This document shows, one piece after another, positions 14,391 to 25,390 of a stretch of DNA of 64,000 nucleotides (positions are counted from its first letter, which is position 1; every line of letters starts with the position of its first letter). Position numbers and translations under genes: made by a program. The stretch is taken from contig RHPI01002262.1 in assembly GCA_009103225.1 (NCBI GenBank), forward strand, positions 1,060,955-1,124,954, given 5' to 3'. The notes under the pieces are model-generated. The model was not told the DNA's origin. It worked only from the letters and a program-made list of their open reading frames with translations, and did not search any database. The stretch comes from Chlorokybus atmophyticus (lineage: Eukaryota > Plantae > Mesostigma and Chlorokybus algae).

Positions 14391-15444
14391 GGTTTTAAAT
14401 CCAGTGATATGATTCTTTTTACTGGTGCCTTCACGAATAACTGGTTGTTAAGCTAGTACTGCAGCGCTAGCTCATCGAGTAATTGCTTATTTAGCTAATA
14501 CAACAATGCTACTTTAAAGTGAATCAGCCTTGCGTGACAAGTGATTGGTTATTGACCTAGTAATGCAGTGCTAGCTCAGCTGTAACATATAGCTTGTAAT
14601 GCAAAGCTTGATCATTTAATCAAATTTGGTTTATGGCTGTGCAAGCACATCTGAGCAGCCTACAAAATATAACAAGCAACCGATAGGTGAGTTGCTTAAT
14701 TGCAGCATGATGCTGGACAATTATATACCACGTTACAAATGTGTCAAATTTTGGTGTCCTATCAGCCATGCAGTGTGCTCAGAAGACAGTTAAGCAGCTA
14801 AGGGCAAAATGCAAAGCCGAGCAGAACGTTTTTACCACCTCACTTCGAAAGGCGCAGCTTTCGAAGACAGTGTGTACAGCTCTTCAATTACCCATTATAG
14901 AGCCAGGCTCTCAATGCAAGGCTAACCCTCATTCTGATGGAGGTAGACAGAAAAAGCGGCCCAGTGGTGCCCTGAGACTCCCCGGGTGCGCAATCTTAGT
15001 AGAAACATGTAATTGGCCCCTACATGTGGGACTCCATGCTTGCTGCAGTATACCGACACTTGTTGCGCAGAGAAAAGCATTGCGTTATTAAGAACTGCAC
15101 GCACATTCGAAGAATCAATAATAACCTCTACCGCACGCATTGCCAGGAATAAAAGATGCAGGAGGATCGAGAGTGACTGATGTGATGTTTATTCCCTAGC
15201 ATCCCGTATTGATTGAGATCTACAATGCGTACCATGTCTGCTGCTCAGCTCCTTAACATGCACGGCGTTAAACTGCTTTAAGAAGAATTTTAATGGTGCT
15301 CATTTATTTTGCTACGAGCACCATCTGGAGAAATAGCGCCAGCAATATCTTGCGCAAGCGGCTACTGTAGCATCACATTTGCTCGATTGGTCTTTTTTTA
15401 ACTTGACAACGTGCGCCTAGTGGACGAAAATCTGATAACGACGA

Positions 15445-15876
15445 GTGCGACAATGTTACCATGAGACCAGATTGTTCCAAGGGCAAAACCATAAGTACCC
15501 AGCAGGAGCGTGCTATACTTGTGGTGGGACAATCTCAGAGGGCACAGGTGGCCGAAAGTGCGGGAAGTGCCGAAAGATGGGGACAACGTACGCGGCTTCA
15601 GTGAAGATGATGATGATTGACTGGGTAAGCACGGAGAAAGCAGCAAAACGGTTCCCGCAGTCAGTAGCTGCAGATTATACATCATATATGCAAAGCGATG
15701 ATAACGTAGCATTTATTGCAATCATTAACGGATTGTCCATATCAGACGCTGTAGAGCTAGCGCGCAGAGAGAACCTTGCAGCTAAGCGCAAAGCAAAGGG
15801 CCTTAACCAACCAGAATATAACTCTATACTCTCGTTTAAGGAGATGATGCGGGTGCACTTGGTCAGACGTACTTAA
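15445..15876 (+). CDS. 143-aa ORF with a CxxC..CxxC putative zinc ribbon, function unknown
   Basis: ACYTCGGTISEGTGGRKCGKCRK followed by a helical-looking tail. No family recognised. Confidence 0.3.
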   Translation: MRQCYHETRLFQGQNHKYPAGACYTCGGTISEGTGGRKCGKCRKMGTTYAASVKMMMIDWVSTEKAAKRFPQSVAADYTSYMQSDDNVAFIAIINGLSISDAVELARRENLAAKRKAKGLNQPEYNSILSFKEMMRVHLVRRT

Positions 15877-15954
15877 TACGCTTTGATACTTAGAGGTCTA
15901 CTAGGGGTGCATATTAAGTGTTGGAGTCATGGGTGGGCTCAAAGAAGACATTAA

Positions 15955-16400
15955 CATACGGAATTTTTTCCGCGGATGGCCCTGGTCCGCACATACGGAT
16001 CAGGGTCAAATTGCCCGGGCGGCTTGGGGTCCGGACGAGAGTCGCCCGCCTTGGTCTGCGCGCGGGGACCAGGGCTGGTATAAACAATACGTAATTGTCC
16101 CACAGTCCCCAAAAACCGGACCAGCCCCAAGTGCTTTTAACATGGCGAGCTTAACAGAACCAATGCTGGTCTGCCATGCGTGTTGCTGCATGGACTAAGG
16201 ATGGTCCGCTCTTGGCACGATTATGCTGAGAAAATCACCAGTACTGGTACCGCGTAGCACGACCATCCCTAGATTGCACCGTTGAACCATGCATGGTCCG
16301 TTTGTAATGTGAACGTCAGCCCGGACAGTTCGCACAGATGGTCCCGAGCAATGGGACCAACCATGGCTTTGCCGGTGGGACCATGCCTGGTCCACACCCA
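15955..16400. repeat. GGACC/GGTCC-rich subterminal repeat cluster; putative left end of a large CAC-type DNA transposon
   Basis: Many GGACCA/TGGTCC motifs (for example GAACCATGCATGGTCC, GGACCATGCCTGGTCC). Begins CATACGGAATTTTTTCCGCGGA, which resembles CACACAGGGGTTTTTACGCGCGGA at 60603. Confidence 0.5.
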
Positions 16401-16599
16401 GCAATTGCTGCATTCCAAAACTCACAGCATTAGTCCACGCTTGCATCCAAAGACTAGCATTGGTGCACGACACCCGCTGGCATCCTGCACCAATGCTACT
16501 CTGTGACCCATGCACCAGCTATTCACATAAACGAATTGTAAACAATTGTATTATATGGTGCGTGCCTGGCAACCAGCATAATGTCAAATAGCTATGCTA

Positions 16600-17720
16600 A
16601 TTGCAACAGCATTTTCGTAACTACTACTCTCCAGCGCTCATGGACCACCTATAATGAGGTTGAGGCGCACGCTGCTCACACCATGTGGTCTAGGCACGCA
16701 CACCTTCCTTCTTGCACAGTACTTGCGTTTGTAGAGGGCCTGTCAGCTGAACAAGTGCACGCCGTGTGCGCCAACATCTGTTGTTGACGTACACACTGCG
16801 CGCACTCTTTGTAAGAGCCACACAGCAAGCTGTGAAACACATTGTACATTCCTTAAAGGTAGCAACTTTGCACAAATCTGATACCTATCAGTCTTGCAAT
16901 AATGTCCTACATGGCTCCCATCGCCCCATGATGCGGAACCTCTTGGACACGGGCGTTTCACTTTCAGCCGGCATGCCTGCATTCATATAGAGTAGTGAGT
17001 ACGTACAAGCACATACACAGAGCAACCGCTCATACATGGCACTATTAGCTTACAGCTTACCTGCCTACGAGCATATTCTATAGACTGTTGTGTGACACTG
17101 TGCACTGGTCACAGCTGTCATGCCCACGAGCGCTCTTTTGTTTGAGCGATCTATGCGCTCAAAACATACCTGGCCGTTTCCTCGTGTTCATCCCGCTTAG
17201 CTGACCACCCACTTCTCTTTGATTGCAAACCGCACAACCACTTGCATAATACGCTTTGTTGGAAAGCTGACCATGGGCCTGGTCGCAAAAGGGAAGAGGT
17301 GCCACGCTCTCCATTAGCGCCACCTCCCTCTTCCGCCAGAATTCTCATTGCCGGCCAACTTGCGCACTGATACGTGTTTGCTCAGTGCCACGGCACACAG
17401 CCGCCAGCACCTGCAGCTTCTCATCATCCACTGAATTCTCGCGGGCGGTGCCGTGCATGGGCACACCATAAGCACAATCAGCAATAAATCGAACAAGAAA
17501 CTTATGGGACACAGCTAACAAACCTGATTGCCTTGATGATGCTGCGCATCCAGTTCTTCAAATACTCTCACCTGGTATTTGCCCATCCGAACGTGCCTAT
17601 TGAATCTGCATTCCCCGTTTTCATAGACGCAGTTTTCATAGACGCCTGGTATTTGCCCATCTGGCTCATGAACACAAGTGGCCACTCAACCGTTACGCTC
17701 TACGCATGCACTCCATTAGT
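16600..17720 (-). pseudogene. Decayed intron-containing gene of unknown function (possible transposon cargo)
   Basis: Exon VPMHGTARENSVDDEKLQVLAAVCRGTEQTRISAQVGRQ*EFWRKREVALMES..YYASGCAVCNQR ends at a GTATG donor with one TGA. A Cys-rich exon lies near 16700-16830. Confidence 0.35.
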
Positions 17721-18453
17721 TGCGAGTGTCATAGGCGATTCACTTGTGCACACTTTAGCCATCTACACGCAACGCATGTCTCGGACTTATTGGCATGCAG
17801 TGACAAAAACATAGACTGTGCACTGACTGACAATTTAAACTTACCTTTAGCTCGGCGCGTGTGTAATAATCCGGTGTCTTGCCATTGTCGCAAATTTTTC
17901 ACGGTGACTGACTAAGGACTGAGGAACTGACTGGTGCCTGAGCCTGCCTGAGCCTGCCTGTCGCTACCTGAAATATAACTTGTGGACTGTTGGGTTTGCC
18001 GTTGGCTTAAATGGACTGACGCAGACGGCCGCGGGCCGAAAGTGGTTGTCAGTGGCACTATCCGGCCGAGAGTTGTCAACTAGTTACCCTTTGGTCGATG
18101 TGCATAGACGGCCGTTAGCCGGTAGTCACGGACAGCTGACAGCAATAGCCGACAGTTTCTTTGCCGTTACACTGCTGTTAATATGTGACCCTTGCCGTTT
18201 GACAAAAGTTGGCAATTCTTGCCGTAAGCCAACACTAACATGCCATGCAGCTTGTACAAACCTAGTACTAATTGTTTGGTCTTGCACCTATAAGCCCACA
18301 ATATATACAATGTACCGGCAGTGGTGAGAGTATGTCCACTTGCAACTGAGCAGCCAACTTGCGCATGAAACTAAACTGCCCTATAACATTGAGTCTAGCT
18401 GTCGGACTCATGCGCAGCTTGTCAACCCGTGGTGCCTGCCTCAAAACTCCTCC

Positions 18454-19280
18454 TCAAACCCCCTCCTCCTGTTCCTCACACGACAAGTGTTCTGCTTCAA
18501 CGCCGGAGTCATCTTCATCCGCTGCCTCGCTCGCTGACAGTACAGCGGCTATTTCGTCCTTCAGCTTGAATGTCAGCGCCTCGCCGTGCACGCGCATGCG
18601 CTTGATGGTTGCTTTGAGAGTGACCACCTGCATTTGGTAATGCTGTAAGAGTGGCGTTACGGTAACTGAGGACTAGCCCATCAGCATACACATGCTTACC
18701 TTGTTTTCCGCTTTGTTGCACTCCGCCAGGCAGACAATCAGCCTGCCGCGCTGCTCTCGGTTCACTCTGACCAACATGGCAATCTGCAAGCATACTGCTT
18801 AATTACCGCTGGAAACATTAAACTAGGTCATGGATTACCCGCTCATGGTACTCCGCAGCTTCTCTTTTGCGACTTGTGAGCTCCCGCAAGTAGACATAAG
18901 CTGTGCATTTGCGGGATTGGTCATGGTGTTCATATGCATGACACTGGAGGTTGTGCGTGAGGGTGTGCATGTGGTATTGACGGTGTATGTCAAGTGCAAG
19001 ATACTTGAGGCTGTGCATGTGCAAGATAAAAGAACCCTAGCATGTGGCATTGACAGTGCATCGTAACCCACCTTGGTTATGCCAGTCTTGTTTGGTCCCT
19101 TCAATCATGTCGCCGTGGTCGCAGCTGCTGGTGGGTCGGATTTTCTTAAAGGCAGTATTGTGGTGTGCCTTCGCCCACTCGGAGGGGGAAGCCCTATAAG
19201 ATATCGCCCGAGTCACTGTTGTCATTGGCTGTGCCCTTGGTAGGCATGGTGGGGTTTGACACCGAGGACACACCTCCGGC
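18454..19280 (-). pseudogene. Spliced helical/coiled-coil gene remnant, divergent from the Plavaka transposase
   Basis: Three exons join in phase through GT-AG introns: AYVYLRELTSRKREAAEYHER|IAMLVRVNREQRGRLIVCLAECNKAENK|VVTLKATIKRMRVHGEALTFKLKDEIAAVL..EEQEEGV*. The 5' extent is uncertain. Confidence 0.45.
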
Positions 19281-19475
19281 ACCCTGCCCGCCCTGTGCGA
19301 ACATGGAATTTATCCCGGACCTCGACCACAATGCCCACTACGCCCCTGGCAGCGCCGCCAACGATCCTCCAAACGCCACATACCCTCGGCATCACGCCTC
19401 TGTAAGGGCATAGCTTGGCGGAGCTATCAATGGTGTTTTCATGCGCAGGGGGACTGACATTGCCAGAGTTGTCAA

Positions 19476-19685
19476 TGGTACGAACTGCCATTGCCACTGT
19501 ACAAAGGTACCATTTTAATGGTACCTTTTGGCAAAGGCATCTTCGTACAATGCCTATACCTTTTGGCAAAGGCATCTTCGTACCATTGAAACGGTTCAAT
19601 CAGAATATATATGTATATAAAAATATCCAGAGACTCACCCTGGACGTGCAATGGCTCGATCGTACCATTATAATGGTACGACGGA
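19476..19685. promoter_or_regulatory. GTAC-core motif array upstream of the transposase
   Basis: 8 GTAC in about 205 bp (CGTACCAT/ATGGTACG-like), including a direct repeat CCTTTTGGCAAAGGCATCTTCGTAC. Regulatory role is inferred. Confidence 0.5.
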
Positions 19686-19841
19686 GCCAGTGACTGGCGG
19701 CCAAGTTTCCCGCCTCTGGCATGCAAGGGTAGCGGTGGCGGTGGCGGTGGCGGCGGCGGCGGCGGCGGCGGCGGGTGTGCGTGTTGCTGGATATGATGCA
19801 GGTTACATTGGCGACACCTGTGTCGACGTTAGTAGTGAGAT

Positions 19842-22800
19842 ATGGGAGTCCTTTGTCCGTATTGCCACATGCGCTTCGCCACACGCAGCTCGGTCTACAT
19901 GCACATTATTAGCAGCAGGGTGTGCAAGCAGATCAAGCTGTATGTCGGCCAGCGTCCATTACAGTACGATGCGGGTCATGTTGAACCGGGGAGTTCGATC
20001 CAGGATGCTCACATGCTTGATGCTGAAGGATTCCTTCAGGAGACACACGCACAGCAGCAACAGGAGGAGGAGGAAGTGAACGAGGGCTTTCGATGTGTGC
20101 GTGTGCCTGAGAAACCTGTGGCACGCCAACATGGAAGTGGAGGCGTCCCTTCGCACGCGTCGGAATCCAGGTGGTATGGCTCGGAGCATGCTCTTGCAGT
20201 GGCATTCGTGCAGTGCAACAACGGCCAAGGCCTGTCGGCCTCCGACATGGGGCGGATCATCAAGTGCATCCGAAATGCACACTTCCTGACGGAAGAGCTC
20301 CAGTGGGAGACCGGTGTGCATGTGGCCAGCTACCTCCGGACCACGATTGCTTTCTCTCAGTCTGAGGTGTGTTCACGGTGTGCGGTGCATGTGCTTCAAC
20401 CATCAGAGCCATGTCACATATGCACATGCGAGTGTGCTGCCGTATCAGAACTACGTGACGGCTGACCTGCGCAAGCCTGGAGACCCTGAGGATCAGGACA
20501 TCTGCGTCACATATATGCCGGCCAAGGTCTGTGAAATGCAGTACCTAATGCAGTATCGATGCAGTATCTATTCTAAGGCCATCATAATAAGTAATGCTCT
20601 TGGTCGGAGCAGGTATGGCTCGCGCGGTTGTATGGCAATCCACATGCCACCAATGGCTTCAATCTTCAGTACAGTGGTGACGAGCACAGCTTTGGCCATC
20701 CTTCCACGGGCGATTGGTGGAAGGATGTGGAGGTGGATTTAAGGAGAGAGGTGGGGAAAGCGTCCTACTTGGCGCCTGCCATTCTGTACAGTAACAAGAC
20801 CACGCTGGACAGCGCGAGCAAGCGCTCTAGCTACCCTCTGATGGCATCGCTTGCCAACTACAGTTGGGACATGTATGCTAGCAACATGGGGGTTGTTATG
20901 ATAGCGCTTCTACCGGTGGTTCACGCAGTGGCCGGGCATCCCACCTGGGCGCAGGGCAAGGAATCGTTCTCCATTCGAAAACGTGAGATTTTTCATGACG
21001 CTTTAAATGTAGTGTTAGGCGATGTGAAGCGGGCGAGTTGAGAAGGTCTGCAGCTCATCGACCCGAATGGCATCGAGCGTCGTGTGTTTCCCGCGCCTGC
21101 CAACTACATCAGCAATTTGCAGGTAGTGGGCATGAATGGTTGTAACCGGATGCAGCCTGCCAGCAAACAGTGCATGGAGGATGTTGTCAGTAGAACATCT
21201 GAGTTTGTTGTGTTGTAGGAGACTGCCACACTCGCACGCACTGTGTCGGGCAACCAAACACGACATCCTTGCGATATTTGTCTCGTCACCAAATCAGATC
21301 TGTTGGAGATGGACGAGGACTGGGAATTGAGAACCGAGGCCTTCTACACACAAGCAATACGTCAGCTGTGGGCGGACCTGCATGGCGGTGTTAGGAAAGC
21401 ACGCCAGGCAGCCAAGGCTTTCAAAGAGCAGCACTCCATGCATGTCGTGGAGGTAATGGTCAAATTATCGGCATTCGTGAGGATGAATGGCTTTCCGTGA
21501 AACCAGGCAATGTGGTTTTGCAACAGATTGCACTGTGGGGTTGGCGACAGTTGCGGGTGCCGGGAGCTGACTGCTACTCTCGTCTTGCCCCTGACGCAAT
21601 GCATGTGCTGGGAGGCATCTTTGACCAGCTGCTTGCTGCTGTGTACGACACCGCGAAGGAACGAATGCGTCCATCCACGAGACAGATTCTGCAGGCCAGG
21701 CACGTCTTTGGTGTTGCTTTTGTGTTTAACACAAAAGCCAACGACACGTGCTCACAAGCAGATGTGCACAGGCTGAATGCAAGGCGTCTCTACGGGTTTC
21801 GCACGTCAAGGCACCCACAAGCACAGTATATTTCTTCCTGTCCGACCACTCCTTTCAGGTGGTGGAAAAAGTGGCGGTGCTGCAGCTGCTGCCGGTCCTC
21901 GCAGACGGTTTGCTGCTCGACAGTGAAGGCAACGATTTCTTCACCATTGCTGCCGCATCGCTTGCCCAGTGGAACAAGAAGTTGTTCAAGGCGCATGAAC
22001 ACACAAGAGAGACCCTGACCACAGCCGACAACGAGCTGGCTGCTTTCAACGCTGCAGTGTTGCATCCGCTACTGTCGTCATATTCTGCACAGACGTCAGG
22101 TTGGAAGATCGAGAAGATGCATCAGCTCACTCATTTTGGGCCGGCAATTGTCAGCAGTGGACACCCGGATTGGTTCAGCGCCAACCGCATGGACCAGACG
22201 CACGCCCAAAATATCAAACGGCGGGCGCGTGGTGGCAACAACCGGGACTACCAGGCACGTATCGTGAAGGCATGAAGCTGTGCGGAATATGTGAGAGAGG
22301 ATGGCATGGTCGTGGATCCCGAGATGCGCTCGGTCATGGCGCAGGCGCGGCAGCAGTGCTGTAATGTCATGGAGAAGACGGACAAGTTGATACGGTTGGA
22401 TGTGCTGACAAGGAGGAAGTCCATGCCGTACTGGAGCGGATCTACGCGTAGCCGCCAAGTCGCCTTGAAGACTCCATTTGCCGACAAGCTGCCTGCTACC
22501 GTGCACAGCTGGTTGAGGAGGGAACAACTGGAGCTGGCCAACGGGTGGCGTGCTGTTCGCGTGGTGAACGGAGGCGCAGCGGTGTACATGACATCAAGAG
22601 TCAGCATGGCGCGCACAACTAGGATGTTCCATGGGCGGCCTTACACGTGAGTTGAAAGGTGATGAGGACGGTGTGAACGTGACATGGTGGGCTCAGGCAC
22701 TCCTTTTTCTGCGCGTGGTGGTGTGGGGTGGTAGCGGCGAGCGCGTGTGGAAGGAGGTCGTGTTTGTCCGCTGGTACACGAAGCTGGATGTGACGAGCGA

Positions 22801-22972
22801 CACAAAGTGCATCGCTCTGGAATGGGAAAAGCGTCGAGGCGGTCCGCATCTCGATGTCGTGACTCTGGAGCAAGTAAAAGGCATTGTCCAGCTGCTCCCC
22901 GTGTTTGACAAGAACAGCGCCCGTGTACAAGAGGGCAAGTATTGGGTGAACGTTCACTGCACTTCCACGTGA
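19842..22972 (+). mobile_element. Plavaka-family (CACTA/CMC-related) transposase, intron-containing pseudogene
   Basis: N-terminal C2H2 finger CPYCHMRF..HIISSRVC. Core motifs HPSTGDWW, APAILYS(N)KTTLD..SYPLMASLAN, REIFHDALNVVL, ERRVFPRL, CDICLVTKSDL, PDAMHVL.GIFDQLL, WKIEKMHQLTHFGPAIVSSGHPDWFSAN, C-terminal VFVRWY..VKGIVQLLP. Several stops and frameshifts. Confidence 0.85.
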
Positions 22973-23175
22973 CACATGTACTTGTCTCACTACTATGAGT
23001 TTGGAGCATATCAGTCAGTTAGGCATTGCTAATCGTATGCTAAGACTTTTGCATGTGGACGTGTACAATACCGGGCAGCTGGCACTGCACAACTGTCACC
23101 ACAATTGAATGTGCCATGCAGCATTCAACAATCAGTCCGCCGTGTGGCATTAAGCATCAATACAGTGCACCACAC

Positions 23176-24900
23176 TCAAGCCTCATGGTTCCATGACACA
23201 GGAGGGTAGTCACAGCCCATATCCATTGTTTCAAGCATGAGATGCCCTATGCACTCCGCTATTGCGGGAGGAATTGCATTCGCTATGGAAACGGCCGAGG
23301 TCATCCATGGCACTCCCAGCGCTGTTTGCCACGCAACAATGCCGCCCCTGGTGCTTGGAAGGCCATAGACTGGGTACATCTGCTGTGGCGCGTTTGATCT
23401 CACAATTGTCTTCTTCGCGCTAGCGGACAGGTGCGGCGATAGCAGTCCAACTGCCTTGCCCGCGTGCGAGCAGCGTGCTGGTGGGGTAGCTACCACTGGC
23501 TGTGTCTCGAACAGACGGTGTCGGAAAGTTGATAGGCCAAACATCGTGCTACAAGGGGACAGATTGGGTCTGAATGAGGAAGCTGCTCCTGGCACATTCT
23601 CAATCACAAACTTGACCTGGCTTGCAAGCAGCAGACGTCGGACGAGCGGTATCATATCCTGGTGTCTCCAGGATGTGCCATGTGCCGCCCGTTGAGGTGC
23701 CGGGATAGCACTTGAATAGACCTGGCATGGTGGACTGGCCCAGATGAGCTCATACTCGCTCAGCTCTCCTGCACTCAGGGTGCATACATCGCGGTGTATA
23801 AAGGGCAGCGGGTATTAAGAGGAGGGACTTATGTCCATCCCGGTCACGTCAAAGCCTGCGTGGTATAGACCGACACTGGCACCGCCACCGCCGCAGAATA
23901 AGTCGAGTGCCCTTGGTCTGCGTGTGCGTCCAAACTTGTTGTCAAATGGCGTGTATGTGGTCAAGGCTGGCCGTGGTGCTGGCCAGGGACCAACAATAAT
24001 GCCGTCCGGGCTTACTTTACGACTGACGTTCTCCCCTTCGGCGCGCAGAACATGGCGTGCCCCGTCAACTGATGTGTACGCGAATACGTTGTGCCCTTTG
24101 AAGTTGATGGTTTGTGGTCGATCACCGTCATTGAATACTATACGGTGCTGCCCTGCAAAGACATTTTTCATTGCACCATGCATATATGATGCGTCCTCAA
24201 TCTCGCACGCCACGAAGCGATGCTGACCTGACGCTTGCTTGAATGTTTCCACGACGCCCGCATACCATTCCCCATCCAGCGGCCAATGCACCACGACACT
24301 CACACCGATCAGCTGCTCGCATCCCAACTTACTGCGTTCCGCAGCCGATGCAGTGCGCTGTCCAACGGTCGATGGTCTGCCTCCTCTACAGCGGCCAGGG
24401 GATGGAACTGCCCACGCCCACACCGTGGAAGACTGCTATGAATGCAACAACAGCTTCAACATGCATGAAATAAGCATACGCCCAACATAACATGCGGTGA
24501 TACGTCACGGTCCACTCTGCCGAATTACCTCCACAGCATCCACCACCTGTCCCCTAATCACATGTCCCGGTGTTGTCCATGTGAAGAAGCGCATGGGTTC
24601 CCCTCGCCACTCGAAGCATGAGCGCGAGCATGATTCGCACACGCACTGCACGCAATGGAAAAACTCGGGTTCCTTGCACAGCACTTGGCCGAGGCGGCAG
24701 CCAAGCACGTCGCCATTGTGTGGTGTGATGCCAGCAAGCAGCACTAAAATCGTGGCACACTGTCTGCACTCGCTGGCATTCGGTCAAGTGTGCTTGCATT
24801 TACTGCCTACGGCCATTGGCACATACGTACGCATTGCATTGTGGGCACACCAAGCATGGTCTCTCCTAGGTGAGGGGGATTCAACTGCTGCCGACATCAT
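23176..24900 (-). pseudogene. Cys-rich domain + Tudor domain + C5 cytosine DNA methyltransferase fusion gene
   Basis: Motif I ALDLFCGGGG (about 23881-23910), II GFDVTGMDI, IV IWASPPCQ (Cys 23725-23727), VI VIENVPG, VIII RHRLFET, X ANAIPPAIAECIG, all in one frame with a single TAA at 23815-23817. Tudor LIGVSVVVHWPLDGEWYAGVVETFKQAS|GQHRIVFNDGD is split by a 75-bp GT-AG intron (24227-24153). Upstream CRQC..C..C..FFHCVQC.C..C exon with a TGA. Start codon uncertain. Confidence 0.85.
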
Positions 24901-25019
24901 GCAAAATAGGAATCGGCACGGCTGCCCACAAACTGAGCGAGACTGTAGGGTATGGGCATCAATTTAGGGTTGCTAGCTTACGAACCCTAAATGGGTCAAA
25001 CTTCAAGTGAAGCACGACT

Positions 25020-25100
25020 GTACCAAGGACGCTATTGCAAACCCATGCATGGTACTACATCAACATGAATGGTACTTCATCTGTCAATGGTACTACAGTA
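25020..25100. promoter_or_regulatory. GTAC array upstream of the methyltransferase gene, with paired telo-box-like motifs just downstream
   Basis: 5 GTAC in about 80 bp (ATGGTACT three times). ATTTAGGGTT (24962-24971) and AACCCTAAAT (24983-24992) form an inverted pair. Confidence 0.45.
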
Positions 25101-25390
25101 CAAGGACACTCGCATACCACGATCTACCACGATCGTAGAGTAATACTGTGATGTCATGCCATGGAACCTAGAGCGCTGTTCAAACTTATTGCTGTCAACC
25201 ACGCTCCAAACCAGCGAGGTTTGCAAGCCATGCACTGACTCATGCGCCGGGCAGTCATCATACACATGTACAACCAATGCTTCTGACAACAGCAGATCTC
25301 TGGTGCACCATGCGTCATGCTGCAACTATACATGTACCTACATGGTTCACAGGAAGCCAACACAATACTACAATACATGCACAATTGGCA

